A stretch of DNA of 63,981 nucleotides, the filler included, from Kipferlia bialata (lineage: Eukaryota), in the NCBI GenBank assembly GCA_003568945.1. It is 6 parts of 6 records of this genome, joined end to end, with 100 filler letters (N's around TTAATTAATTAA, not from the genome) between each part and the next. Parts side by side here need not be neighbours in the genome. Positions count along the whole stretch, not along the records: positions 1 to 11,905 come from BDIP01001163.1; positions 12,006 to 23,902 come from BDIP01001164.1; 4 more parts are not named here. One strand, given 5' to 3'. The notes beneath the pieces were generated by a model. The model worked only from the letters and a program-made list of their open reading frames with translations. It ran no database searches and had not been told where the DNA came from. The translations under genes and the position numbers were made by a program. Positions 1 to 12,995 of the stretch are shown here, piece by piece (position 1 is the stretch's first letter; each line of letters begins with the position of its first letter).

Positions 1-4
1 AGGA

Positions 5-55
<51 letters not shown>

Positions 56-244
56 AGAGTCACATCGGATACCTGCTCAACCATATATGGAATAATGCTC
101 TATGAATATATATATATATATAAAGAGAGAGAGAGTAAGCCAACCTGCTCATCTCGATATGGTAAATTTATACACGTACATATACCATATCCACATAGAG
201 AGAAATATATACCAGATAGAGAGAGAGATATATAGGTACTATAC

Positions 245-402
245 CTGCTCATCTCGATATGGTTCATGCCCATACCGTCACTGATGAACAGGACAAGGTT
301 GTTCTGGGAAGGTTCAGTTCCTTCCGCGCACAAACACATCCCTAGACACACCAGCATCAGGCAGACCCACATACGCAACACACCCCGTAGGCCGGCACCC
401 AT
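245..402 (-). CDS. Alkaline phosphatase family protein, first exon only (3' partial, runs off window start)
   Basis: MGAGLRG...LMLVCLGMCLCA signal-peptide-like stretch, then NNLVLFISDGMG, matching the alkaline phosphatase N-terminal metal-binding motif (NVILFIGDGMG). Ends at a GAGCAG|GTAT donor. Confidence 0.75.
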
Positions 403-886
403 GAGGCTTATATGTGCAACCTTAGAGATTGAGTGTTGGAAAGTACAATGGAAATGTGTCATTGCTACACCCTCAAGGGCAATTCAATATACAAGTTACT
501 TGAAGACTTTCACCCTGAAGACAAGTTGAAGCAACCAAGTGGCCAATCCCTTCGTGGAACCAATAAGGCGTCGTTCAACCACTCTTCCAATTACCCCTAT
601 GTGGCCCTATCACATGAGAGTGTCAGATATGTGATGATATGTAGAATGGTTTTTACTTTCCTTTCTCTCCCGGTACAACAGGATGTGCAAGTAAGTATAT
701 TCAGACTTCTACACACAGCACTCTTCCCACAACAGAATGTGTAGGGTTGACTAGACTTAGATAATAAACACTATATATATGTATCTTTGGCAGAGAATGC
801 CACTCAACTAGGACAAGTACTACTAACTCAACATAGATGCACTCTGAAATTCCGATGAATCAGAGACTCTGATTCAGAGTCGCTCT

Positions 887-1760
887 TCAGAGTGTGAAGA
901 GCGACACCTTACTGCACTCTCCCCTTCTGATTACGAGTAGCGTGTCAGTGCTGATCATACATGCACACACAGCTCCTGATTCCTCAGCCTCCAGTGGGGC
1001 AATGTTTAGAATATCCCCAGATACAGAATCATACATACTCACAGTCGTCTGTCCACTCCTACAGTCCCCTCCAAACACCATCACCCTTCCACCGAGAGCA
1101 GTATCAGTATCAGTATCATCACTGATGCCGATACCGACAGCAGCCAGTGTGTTCCTATATGAACCTACCCCGCCACTCACAGGTACTTCCAGCTTGTGGA
1201 ACCCTATAGGATCACGGAGAGAGAGGCCCGCCATCCTTCCCCCTGACACTACAAGAATGGTACCGCCCGTGACAACGGTCGAGACTGACAGCGGATAGAA
1301 ACGGAACCCGCCAAGACAAGGTGTGTGAACCTCTCTCCAGGTCTCAGTCTCAGGGTCCAGAATGTGGCAGGTAGACTCCACCTCTTCTACCTCCTTTTTC
1401 AGCTTGGGGTCCTCAAGAGAGTGATATGGCAGGCGGCAGCCCCCCAACAGGATTAGCTTGCCCTCAACGCATGCTAGGCTGGGGTCCGAGCGTCTGAGCG
1501 TCTGAGCGTCTGAGCGAGGTGCGGGCATACTGTCATTGTCACATACTTGCACCCACTGAGGAGACTCAGGGCAGAGAGTATAGCGGAAGAGGGCTGTGGA
1601 TCTGACACCGCCAAAGAACATGCCTTTCCACATGTGGTGGTAGGACACTAGCGCCCAGACGCATCCAGGTGTGGTGCCGAGTACTAGGGTGTAGACATCA
1701 GGATAGGGGTTGTCATAGCTGTCCCAGGGACCGGGTATGGGGTGTGTAGCAAGACTTGGG
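887..1760 (-). CDS. Kelch/beta-propeller-like protein, long terminal exon; upstream exons probably extend to about 3600
   Basis: Open frame after a CAG acceptor at 1761, with kelch-like blades (MFFGG, GKLILLGG..ILDPETETW, GRVMVFGG..MYDSVSG). Small candidate upstream exons at about 2260-2376, 2707-2760 and 3540-3600 are not firmly joined. Confidence 0.6.
1488..1516. repeat. 8-bp tandem repeat (GAGCGTCT) x3 inside coding exon
   Basis: gagcgtct gagcgtct gagcgtct gagcg read directly. Confidence 0.9.
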
Positions 1761-3902
1761 CTGCCAGAGGTATTAAGAGAGAAGTTAAGACTGCAAACTC
1801 TGATGTGAGGGAGTTAAACCGGAAGGTCACATGGGTATATATACTGTGTATGTATGTGAGAGAGTTAAGACTGTACTCTCGGGTTGCCTACTTCTGCATT
1901 CTGGCAGAATGGAATATAGGGATTCTTAATTGATGTGAGAGAGTTGAACAGGAAGGTTACATTGTGTCTATACACAGACATATATTGTATATATGACCTA
2001 CATGAAGACACCCCCCCTCCTAGTGGTTTCTTCTATTCCCCAGTACCAGTATAGGTATAATATACCTAGTACATCTACCACACCCACAGGCCTAATACTG
2101 ATATGTGAATATGTGTGTGCATGTATGTGTGTGCATGTATGTATATATATGTGTGTGTGCATGTATTTGTGTGCATGTATGTCTCACCTGGGTACAGTTC
2201 TGCCACAGGTACCTGGGGAAAAAATGTGTGTAGAGAGAGAGAGAGAGAGAGAGAGTCACCTGGGTACCGTTCTGCCACTACCCTGACTCTCAGTGTACAC
2301 ACCCCATGCCACTCCATGTGAAACAGTGATGACATGGCTGTAGTGTCTCCTGTGGGTCTTGTCTTCATTAGAGACAGGTACCTGGGGATTAGAGGCGTAT
2401 AGAGAGAGCGAGGGAGAAAAATACACATATGTCTATGTGTCTTCATCATAGACAGGTATCTGGGGTAGGGAGGGGGAGGGGGTATAGTAGAAGAGGGTGC
2501 ACAGTGAGAGTAAATGCGAGCAAGAGTACAAGTGACATAGTGGACTCCACTGTCAGTGGAGGCTTGTATATACATATAGTTACACATAGATACACCTACA
2601 TATATATATAGATACATATATACCTATATATATAGACGTATATATGCGTATATATATATATATATATATATATACATGACACAAGCACACAGATAGAAGG
2701 GATTACCTCAAAGTGGTCTGTCCACCACTGGGGCAGCATGATCTGACTGTTAGCCACGGATGAATATATATATGTATAGATAGATACAGAGAGAGGGGGG
2801 GGTGGATCTGACCATTTGCCGGATAGGGAAGGGTATGTGTAGAGAGGGAGAATAGTTACTGTATACACATATATATACATATATATAGATATAGTGGTGT
2901 ATGTCTACCACTGAGGCAGCATGACCTGACTGTTAGCCACGGATGAGTTTATTTAGATAGATATATATATAGAGAGAGAGGGGGGGGGCTTGTCCATTAG
3001 ACAGAGAGAGACAGAGAGAGAGAGAGAGACAGAGAGAGGGGAGTCTGACTATTAGGCAGAGAGAGACAGAGAAACATAGAGGCAGAGAGACAGAGAGACA
3101 GAGAGAGGGGGGGGGGGGATCTGCAGTCAGGGATATCAATGCACACAGGTCAGGGAGAGTAGAGGTGAAATGTAAATGTACGTGGATAACCACACAGTTA
3201 ATGAATATGTATGGAGTGGTATCAGTCGACTTTATGTATATGTATATGAGGTGGGTGATCGTTGGTGTAGGTCGAGGGGGAAGTGTATGCCATCAGTATC
3301 GTAATAGATAATGAATGCATGGAGTATACACTTCCATGTATACAGGTATGTAGTAGCACTTGAGACAGTAATATACACACACACCACATGCATTGGTACC
3401 TTATCAGACACTGTCCACACCGGAATGGAATAACAGAAGTGAACGCAATCGGTGTTGATCGGTCACTTACAGATGAAACATAAGGGGCTAGAAATCGGAT
3501 ATATTGGGAAGGGTTTGAGTGTGAGGAGAGAAGATATGCAAGGTGGAGTCGTTCTTCTCTAGGCTCTCTCTCTCTGCTACGTAGGACTGCCACCAGGCGG
3601 TATGAAGGTATGGTGCGTTATAACGCAGAATACTAAGTGTTTGATTGTGTAGATATCTGCATGTATGACGTATCAAACAACCGACAACAGCGATGATATA
3701 TATATGTTAGATGTATATTATGTATAGCATAAGATACAGTGTCAGTTGGTCACTCCCCCCCCCCCCCCCCTTCCTTTTTTCCCTCCCCCCCCCCCCCCCC
3801 CCCGTTCCTTCCTCCACATCCCTTCCTAATCTTTCCCTATTCTCTTGTGTTTACCACTCACTCTTATATATACCTGTGTATGCATCTCCCCTCTCACCCT
3901 AG

Positions 3903-6900
3903 CTGGCAGAGTCTGTCACAGAGGCAGTCCCGTCAGTGTCAAGGTATGGGATATTTCTATTTACATATGTGTATGATGTGCTGGGATGGCTCTCGTCTCT
4001 GTTTTACCTCTATTCTCAATAACTGATCATCCAGCGTGTCTGACATTCTCACACTCGAGAAGAGAGTGGGTGACTATGACAACCCCATGCGTGTCCCTCC
4101 CCAGCTGATCCTGCATGCACTGCGTAACCCCACTGCAGGTACTGTGTCTGTGTAGTATATACTATATATGTGTTGGGAGTCACATCGGACATTTTCCACT
4201 GAGTACACATACATATTAAACTAATGTGTACGATATATAGTCACAATATGTTCATATATTGACTGTCAGGCCGTCCCACTGGCTCTATTGCCAAGCTCTT
4301 CTCAGTTGTCATGACACCAATGGTCAGGTGGGGAGTGTGTGATGTTCGTTCCACTCACTATAGTATTCAGTGTGTATTTTGTATTATTCCATACTTTCTA
4401 TATGCAAGAAGCTAGTTATATGATGTCATATAGGGATCCCTGACTTCAGGCGCACCCTGTCCACCCTGTGTGGTGGCAATGCAGACGAGAGGCTCTCTCT
4501 GATGGGTAGCATAGTCTCAACGGCTACAAGGTATCCGTTTCAGTATTCCTATATTGTCATAGAGTATACATGTGAGTGTGTTGTGTTACTCACTTCCAGG
4601 AAGGGAGGCACCGTGATACAGGGGAACCTCCGTGGGTCAGGTGACAAGTATTTGTGTTAGTGAAGAACCAGCGCTTGATATTCTATAGCTCCTTCTGACC
4701 TAGGTGTTGATTTGAAGACCATTCCGCTCAAGGGTTCTCTTGTGGCTCTCTATGTGTCCCTGCCCTGTGTCCGCCCTCTTCTAGGGTGCTTGGAAGAGTA
4801 TGAGTCTGGGGAGAGGTACGTTGGAATAATCATCATACACACTGTCTGACACAACCTACTAGTATATGTGTCCACCTCTTTCAATCAGGGGAAGTAGAAT
4901 TCTGTCGGATTCATTCGTATTTGGCTATGATACTCAGCCTGACCCCAGCTTGGAGGAAATATCGGATAAGAGAGAGGCGAGGCGTACTGACATCGCGCTA
5001 GGTAACTCACTTATTTGTTTGTACCAGGACAGTAGTGTGTGATGATATATTCAAGTATACTAGTACCCTATATCCTCTCACCTCCAGTGTTACAGATAGG
5101 TCCCTCTGCCAGTGTGGCCACTATCGCAAAGGTATATCCAATATATATACCGTCACACTATTAGGCGCTCATTAAAATCACGCTTCAGTCTCCGGTCTAT
5201 CTGCCTCACCTTAGGGTCTGATATCGTCCACCCCTTGGCTCAACCTCTTTGGGTACAGGATAGGGAATAACAGGACTGCAGACAGGTAAACAGAGTGGTT
5301 TACTCTACATGTATGTGCCTTTTGCTTTACACAATAAGCTGACCTTCAGAGACACCTCCAGATACAAGTACAAGGGGCACATCGTGTTTTCAACAGGCTA
5401 TGTCACTTACAACAAGCCATATGAGGTATAATGATGTAATTTCTCAATGATACGAACTCAGGCCACTCTTATGCTTATGACATTGTCTCTCTCTCTCTCT
5501 GTGATCAGGGTGTCTTTCCTGAGTCCAGTACGCTATGGCGATTTCCACCCATTTTTCATGCATATCTAATATCAGGACTATTACGACTGGTATTCAGAGG
5601 TGGGTCACATCGGCTGTTGTTCCTCAGAGGGGATTGACCAAAGCGTAGAAAGATGAAGTTGTATTTGTGTTTGCGAATTCATATCTATTCTTGTACTTGT
5701 ATGCTGTATGTATATAGTCTCACTGCAGCCTGAGATGTACCGTGATGAGCCCGGTCCTGTGTCCAAGTTGGCCGATGAGGGTAGACACTTTGTGCTGCAC
5801 ACCACTATCAGTGAGGAGGCTATTCAGAGGTTTGGGTCCTACTAACAATTATATGAATAATTTTACATCCAGATTATGTGGGATACCTCACCCCAGGTCT
5901 TGTGACACCCTCCACCTAGAGTCACTCACTGAGGCAGAGGTACCATCGTAGTCTTAAGTTCATTATTTACCATACCAATTCACCCTTGTGACGCACAGTA
6001 TGTATACCGTACCCACTCCAACTGATGTCAGATGGAGTTTGTGTCTGCCAAGGGGTCTGCCCTTGCCATAGGCAGGGCGGGGTGTGGCAAGACAGCTGCC
6101 CTCATAGCCAGAATGCTGGCAGACAGCGCAGAGGTTGGAGCTAGGTTCGGTGACCGTATAGCTCTCTAGTGTCCCCCCGTGTTTCACCCCCAGGACCCTC
6201 TTCATCTCTCTCTCCCCCAACCTTGTGGGTGAGGTGCACAGGGTGTGTACCGCTGCTACACAAAGCGAGACTGGGACGCCTAGTGCTGACGAGGACGAGG
6301 GTCTAACAAGCCACTTGCTAGCCTTACCTAACCAGATCCACTCCCTGACAGGTAGTATTTTTGTGTTATTATCATTACCATAAGATTGGAGTAGTAGTCT
6401 GATCTGTTCTGATATCCAGATGATCAGTTCCCTCTGTTCACCACTCTGAACAAGCTGCTTCTGATGCTGGACGGGTCCTGCCAGGAGCCCTTCTTCCCCA
6501 ATGCACATGGGACCAACCCCTCCCCCTCTGACATGGGAACTGATGGGCATAGCCTCTCCTGGGACGCACTCAGCTTCTTCCCTGCCACCAGATGTGCCAT
6601 ATCACACACCACAGCACCTAAGATGATGGTCACGTGGCACAAGGTATCTATCCATGTGGTAAAGTACTCTTAACTATGCCTTACTCCAGGTTGGGTTTGA
6701 GGGTTTCAAGGAGGTGTACCCCCAACTGGTCAACAATGTCAAGCAGTCCTGGAAGGCCAGAAGGCGCTGGACAAAGGGAGATGACAGCAGGGCTAGGAGG
6801 ATACCCCCTGCCGAGGTGTGCTGGCATGAGATTGTGACCCATGTCACTGGGTCATTCAGTGTCACATCGGGGGGAGAGAGCACCGCCCATAGTTCACTGT

Positions 6901-9900
6901 CAAAGGTAGGGGTTGCAACAAGTATATATTGGGTCTCTATATGAGAATTTGTGTTCATCTCTGACACCGACAGGACGACCAGAGTGATGTCATGGAGATC
7001 TACAGGGCCTGGGAGAACTACAAGAAGCAGTTCCACCTCTATGACAGATCTGACTGGGTCAGGCACATTGTGGCACAGTATGCATCACACAATGGGTCCT
7101 TTACATCAATGCCCGTGGATAGGATCTACTTCGATGAGGTGAGTGTCCGATGTCAGTATATTCTTTGTGATATACTCATAGTGAGTGGTCTCTCACCCCC
7201 AGGTTCAGGATGTGCCCCAGTGTATCATTGGTATCCTGTTCAAGCTCTGCCCAGCAGCTGCATCCTGCTACTTTATGGTCGGTGAGGATACGTGTAGATA
7301 GTACTTATATACGTCATTCCTATTAGCCATTATCTTACTCTCTTCCCCTTATTTCCAGGTGACACTGCCCAGGCTGTGACAAGGGGTGTCGGGTTCCGGT
7401 TCTGTGACCTGAGGGAGTCCTTCTACCACATGCTCCTCAACAACAGGTGGGAAGGGGTATGCATCATATGTATGTATGTGTATATAGCACGTAATAGTAC
7501 TGACCTCCAGGCTCATCAACAAGAGTACCACCATTCCTCCCCTGATCCACTTCAGAGACAACTTCAGGTTTGGATATATACCAGTTTTACCCCCATTGTG
7601 TTGGCGTTGCGATATTGGTACTTCTCTTTCCTATTGTTGTGCTAGTAGTAAGTTGTGGTGAGTGATCTTACCCTAGGGCTACACGCAACCTGGTCAGGAT
7701 CAGTGCTGTGGTTGCAGCCACTCTCCAGCAGGTACATACGTATACCCAAAAGCACTGGTGATTGTGTATATTCACTAACTCCGGCCGTAGTTGTTCTTAT
7801 ATGCAGGCCTTCCCTGACGTTGTTGACAGACTGGCTACTGAGAGGCCGAGGAGGAAGGAGCATGGGGATGTACCCTCTCTCTGTGTATGCAGCTCTGACA
7901 CTGGGACTGACTCCCTCTTGAGTCTGGTTGGGCTGGGGGGGACTCAGGAGTCAACATCAGGTGTGTGTTTATGACGAGAGTCCACCAATATATATCTTTC
8001 TGTCACTCTGTATGAGTGTGACTAATCTTACCCTAGGGTATGTTGAGTTTGGGTCCCACCAGGTCATTCTCTACAGAGAGGAGGGTGACCTCACGGAGTC
8101 GACTCGCCTGGCTGATCTAGGTGCCACACTATCTCTTTGGCTTCTCAATGTGGTACTTCTATATGACTCTTGTGGGATGATCAGAGTAGTGTATCTCTCT
8201 GACCTCTAGGCAAGCTGGGTCTGAGCATGTCAGTATCTGAGTCCAAGGGCCTAGAGTTCGATGAGGTGTGTATCTATATATTACCATCTATACTAATGAG
8301 ACCTCACCTAACACCCAGGTCATCCTTGTCAACTACTTCTCCAAGAGCCGGGTGGGCTGGGACGTATGGGCCACCCTATCATCTGGCAAGGCGCACAAGG
8401 CAGGGGCTGCTGGGGCACTCTCCCACGCCGAGAGAATGGCACTCTGCCACGAGCTGAAGGTATAGAATCCACTATCATAATTGGTTTTCCATATACTGAT
8501 TCACACATCACGTCCAATACAAGGTCTTCTACGTGGCCATCTCTCGTGCAAGAGACAGACTGATCCTGGTGGAAGAGGACGAGAGTGTCGTATCCAACAA
8601 CTCTCTGGTCATGAAGCTGGTGGAGAGGGGCTTTGTAGAGGAGAGGCCTCTCTCTGTAGTTGTCTCCTCTTCCACCACTACTACTGATACCACTCCCATG
8701 GGTACCCATGAGGACGGTTCCTTCTTCCTCTGCAAGGCCAGGGACTGGGTGACACTGGCAGACTCCCTACTCGACAAGGCGTGCTACTCTGCCACCCTTC
8801 GGTCTGCACAACTGGCACTCAGTACCCTGGAGGGGTGGGAGGAGAGCGGAGCAGAGGAAATCAGAGAGAAGGCTGAGGTACTACAGGCTCTGGCACAGGC
8901 GTATCAGCTGGCCGAGAGTGCGTCAGAGCGCATTAAGAGTGAGAGTGGCAAGCACGACGCATTTGTATCAGCTGCAGCTATGTTCATGGAGGTTGCTGAG
9001 AGAGAGAGGGCAAGGAGAGAGGGAGCAGACGCAGGTGTCTCCATATCCAAGAGAGAGAGGGGGGCCTGTGAGTTGGCCGGTCGCTGTCTGGCTTCGGCAG
9101 GTATGTATATATTCATTATTCTTTCTTGAGTGATATTCCCTCTTTTGCTCTGTCCCTTTGATATAGTTATGGAATGCATCTGTGGCTGATACCAGGTATT
9201 TACGCTGAAGCCGGAGCGATGTATGAGAGGGCGGCCTGTGTCGCACCGGGAGAGACCCCATCCTCCGCTGCCTCCAGGCTGTTGTCTCTGTCAGTGTCCT
9301 CATACACACTGGCCAAGGACTACCTGGGATGCTCTAGGTGGGTCCTGTACTCTAGTATACGTCCACTCTCTATCACGCGGCCACTCTCACCCCAGGACCT
9401 CCTTCCTCCGCCAGAGGCACATCGACACTGTGGAGTATGCTGCCAGAGGAATGAGGACAGTGATAGCATACCACGGAGTGGCAGGGAGAGATGACACCCA
9501 GGCTGGGAGAGAGCTAGAGCACCTCTTAGTACAGGTAGATGCAGTACTCAGTCAGGGTCCACTTCCCACAGAGTCATCTCTCGATGGGAAGGGCCTGAAG
9601 CCTGAGTACCTTTCGGCAGTCACTGCGGCCTATCTTTGCATGTACAGATACTGCATAGGGACAGATGAGGAGAAGTCACTAGTGTATGTAGACTCTTCTG
9701 CTGCCGTTGCTACAGTATGTGCCGAGTTACTCTTCCTGCCCCGTTTCGGTGCTGTTGCTGCAGCCAAGTGTCTGCCCCAGAATGAGTGCAACATTCTCTC
9801 TCTCTTCCTACCGATCCCCCCTTCGATGGACGCAGATGCAAGTGCAGCCAGACACAGTAACAGGGAGGATGCCGCTGCAGAGACAGAGTTTGGGTGGGTG

Positions 9901-10345
9901 CTCGACCAGGTTGCCAACAACTACAGGTGCGGATGTATACATAGCGTGTGTACCATATATAGCCTTACTGACTCTTTCTTTGATTATTATAGAGTATTAA
10001 TGAGGCACTAACCATAGGCGCCAATACTACGTTCAGTCAAAGAAGTTCATCGGCAAGGACATTGAGCCCCATAGGAAGCAGATAGAGATCAACAGAGAGG
10101 GCGAGAGAGCCGTTCTGTCTGCCATTTGGAAGGGGTACAGTGTAGAGAAGACTGAGGTGCTGGTAAAGGAGATTAGGAGTGCGTATGAGGAGTGCTATGA
10201 AAGACTGGGGCGTAGTCACCAGCATCAGCAGATGGAGAGGCAGAAGGAGAGAGAGAGCATCTTCCTAGAGATCAAGAAGCAGAAGAAGGAGCAGTACTTG
10301 GAGAGAAGGAGACTGGAACTCAGGAACAAGAAGAGAAAGAGGTGA
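3903..10345 (+). CDS. TRANK1/LBA1-like superfamily-1 (UvrD-like) helicase, multi-exon; true start uncertain
   Basis: Spliced motifs in order: Walker A GRAGCGKT (6071-6094), IYFDEVQD, YMVGDTAQAVTRGVGFRF, DNFR, AFPDVVDRL, VEFGSHQVILYR, SESKGLEFDEVILVNYF, LCHELKVFYVAISRARDRL. A helical TPR-like region follows, then a basic coiled tail ending at TGA 10343-10345. Confidence 0.85.
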
Positions 10346-10516
10346 CAAGTCAATAGACCGATATTCATACCCAACACACAATGTTACTGAATCCAGTGAT
10401 CGAGATAGATCTACTGTACACGTACATCTATTACACAACACGTAGACCCAGACAAACACCACTCAGATTATGAGGAGTGGATGGAGGTCGAGAGTGCCTA
10501 GTGCTACTTAGTCCCC

Positions 10517-11905
10517 TTAGCGGCCACCGCCCATGAACATGTTGAACATGCCCATAGCAGCGTTCATGCCGCTCTGCTGCTGCTGCTGCTGCTGGCGCCT
10601 CTCCTCCTCCCTCTTCTCCTCGCGGTGCTCTCCCACCTGGTGGGCAATCAGACCGCCGACAATGCCGAGACCTGCAGTGAGGTATGCACCAAGCACTAAA
10701 GAGACGGCCAGACACACTACACATTCAATTATAACACTAATGCGTACCGGCGACACCGGCGACACCGACCATGGCCTGCTTCTTCCAGTCTCCGTCCATG
10801 AAGCCACGGTCCATGGGCTCGGGGGCGGGGACCTGTTAGTTAGTACACATATACGGGGAATATACTTACATGTATATAGAGAGAGAGAGAGGGATGTGTA
10901 CCTGGAACTGGGGGCGCTGTCCGTTCATCTGGTGGGGCAGCTGGCCTGGGCCTGGCTGGCCTACATGTGAGTGAAGAATAGAGTAAACAGAGTAATGTAT
11001 ATATATATGGGGGGGGGGGTACCTGGGGCGGGGTAGAACTGCATCCAGATGTGGAGGTGGGACTGGGCAGAGTTCATGGTGTGCTCGAGGGACAGCCACA
11101 CGTCGTGGGGCTGGGCATCGGCCACTGGTGGTCAGTGAGAGAGAGCGGAAGAGGCTATACGCATACTAAGACTGGTACAAACACACCTGGTCCGAGGGTG
11201 ATGGCGGCAGTTCCAATGCAGTCATCGCCAGTGAAGCTGTCCTTGTCGTAGATCTCAAAGGTGATGACCTAGAGTGAGTGAGTGCACATCCATAGCAGTC
11301 CTATACATTTAAGTGTGTGTATGTATGCTAGTATACCTGGTCGGTACGGGCAGAGTGCAGCTGCATCTTGGTGGTCCAGTTGGGGTGGTCGTTGTTCTCG
11401 ATGGCGTGGGTCTTGTAGTTCTCAGACTTGGGGTCCCACTGGGGCCTGACAATGACAAAGGCATCGGCACCGTCACTGGGGTCAGGGGAAGGGAGGGACA
11501 GAGTTAACTTGCATAATCATGATGACAGATAGGTTGGGGATTAAGGAGTTTCCAGGAAGACATCATCCTGACGAAATGAACTTGGATACACTATTATATA
11601 TGAATATATGTAACATACCGGTCGTCAGACTTCAGGTTACGAGCCTCAACGACAGTCAGAGCCAGGGTTCCGTTGACCACAGCCTGGCATGAGGGAATGA
11701 CACCGGCTAACGCAATACAGCATAAACATCTATACATACACACATAAGTATATATAGTGACATACCTGCTGGGGAGGGTACCCCATCTGCTGCTGAGGGG
11801 GGTAGCCCTGCTGCTGCTGCTGGGGAGGGTATCCGCCCTGCTGCTGAGGGGGGTATCCACCCTGCTGCTGAGGAGGGTAGCCGCCCTGCTGCTGAAATTA
11901 GACGC
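10517..11905 (-). CDS. C2-domain protein with N-terminal QQGGYPP repeats and a Gly-rich hydrophobic C-terminal segment (5' partial)
   Basis: Spliced translation GTLALTVVEARNLKSDDRDGADAFVIV...YKTHAIENNDHPNW...VITFEIYDKDSFTGDDCIG is a C2 domain with acidic Ca2+ loops. Stop at 10517. Confidence 0.85.
11766..11895 (-). repeat. Coding tandem repeat, about 24-27 bp unit, encoding QQQ(G/M)GYPP
   Basis: Five ctgctgctg(a/g)gggg(g/a)gta-type units on the + strand. Confidence 0.85.
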
Positions 11906-12005
11906 NNNNNNNNNNNNNNNNNNNNNNNNNNNNNNNNNNNNNNNNNNNNTTAATTAATTAANNNNNNNNNNNNNNNNNNNNNNNNNNNNNNNNNNNNNNN
12001 NNNNN
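11906..12005. other. Artificial contig linker N44-TTAATTAATTAA-N44
   Basis: Identical 100-nt spacer with stop codons in all six frames. Confidence 0.98.
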
Positions 12006-12049
12006 CTGTGTTTTCTCTCCCGCCCCCCCCCCCCCCCCCCCCACCCCAG

Positions 12050-12304
12050 GTCCAGTCCCCTGTCATTCTCTCAGAGTTCTCTCTCGAGACAGACCCTGAC
12101 TATGCATACACCAGTGAGAGCGTGCTCATCCCACTCACAGAGCTCGATTCAGGTGCCTGAGTATGGCTCTTTCTTGGTTCATGGAGACACTGTGTGTGTC
12201 TCTTCTCTACACAGACTTATCCCAGGTCTCCGTATCATGTACCTCAGGGCCCTGAGAGTAGGACCCCTGGTGTTCTTCAGGTATTCTCTCTCTCTCCCTC
12301 ACAG

Positions 12305-12337
<33 letters not shown>

Positions 12338-12964
12338 GACAGCAGGATCGAGCTGGAGGAGGGCTACAGCGTCGACTTCTCCACGGCTGACATCTACATC
12401 CTGATAGACAGCAGCCTCAGCACCAGAGAGCATCCAAATAGGTGGGGGTGGATGGTACATCATACTCCTCGTGTGTCTCAGGCTTTGTGGACACGTATAT
12501 ACTATATATTCTCACCCACCCACCCCCAGGTACATTGCGTATGACAGCGTGGCTGCTGACTTCCTGATAGGCAATGGGGTGCTGTATGCAAGGACCCAGC
12601 CCGACTCCACAGACTGGTGGTGGTGGCTACCAGGGCAGGGCTCAGACTACAAGTACGGGGGTGATGTATATAGCTGACTTTGGTATCCTACTTGTCTCTG
12701 TGTATTAGTAATACATCTCTCTCTCTCTCTCCCTCACCCTCTAGGTCGAGTGATGACTGGGAGTGGGAGGCGGTCTCACCCTCTGCATTCACGTGGACAG
12801 ACGGCAATGTCATGGAGGTGGGGGAACAGGGACACTGTGTATATGTATACTGTACCCATACTCAGTATATAACAAGTGTACCTCACCCCCAGGTCGTGGT
12901 CCCCCTCAGCGTGCTGGGGATAGAGGCCCTCTCACAGCCGGTCCTAAGCAAGTATGTGGCCTGC

Positions 12965-12995
<31 letters not shown>

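Noticed and set aside
245..402. Idea that the phosphatase 5' exon and the membrane-protein 3' part at 12050 are one gene
   Set aside because: They are on different contigs ordered by size only, with no overlap evidence.
11519..11571. Possible box C/D snoRNA (ATGATGA...CTGA) in a C2-gene intron
   Set aside because: Antisense to the host gene, very short, and I could not identify an rRNA-complementary guide or a terminal stem.
11950..11961. TTAATTAATTAA recurring every ~12 kb as a biological repeat or piggyBac TTAA site
   Set aside because: Always centred in exactly 44+44 Ns; it is a synthetic six-frame stop linker.
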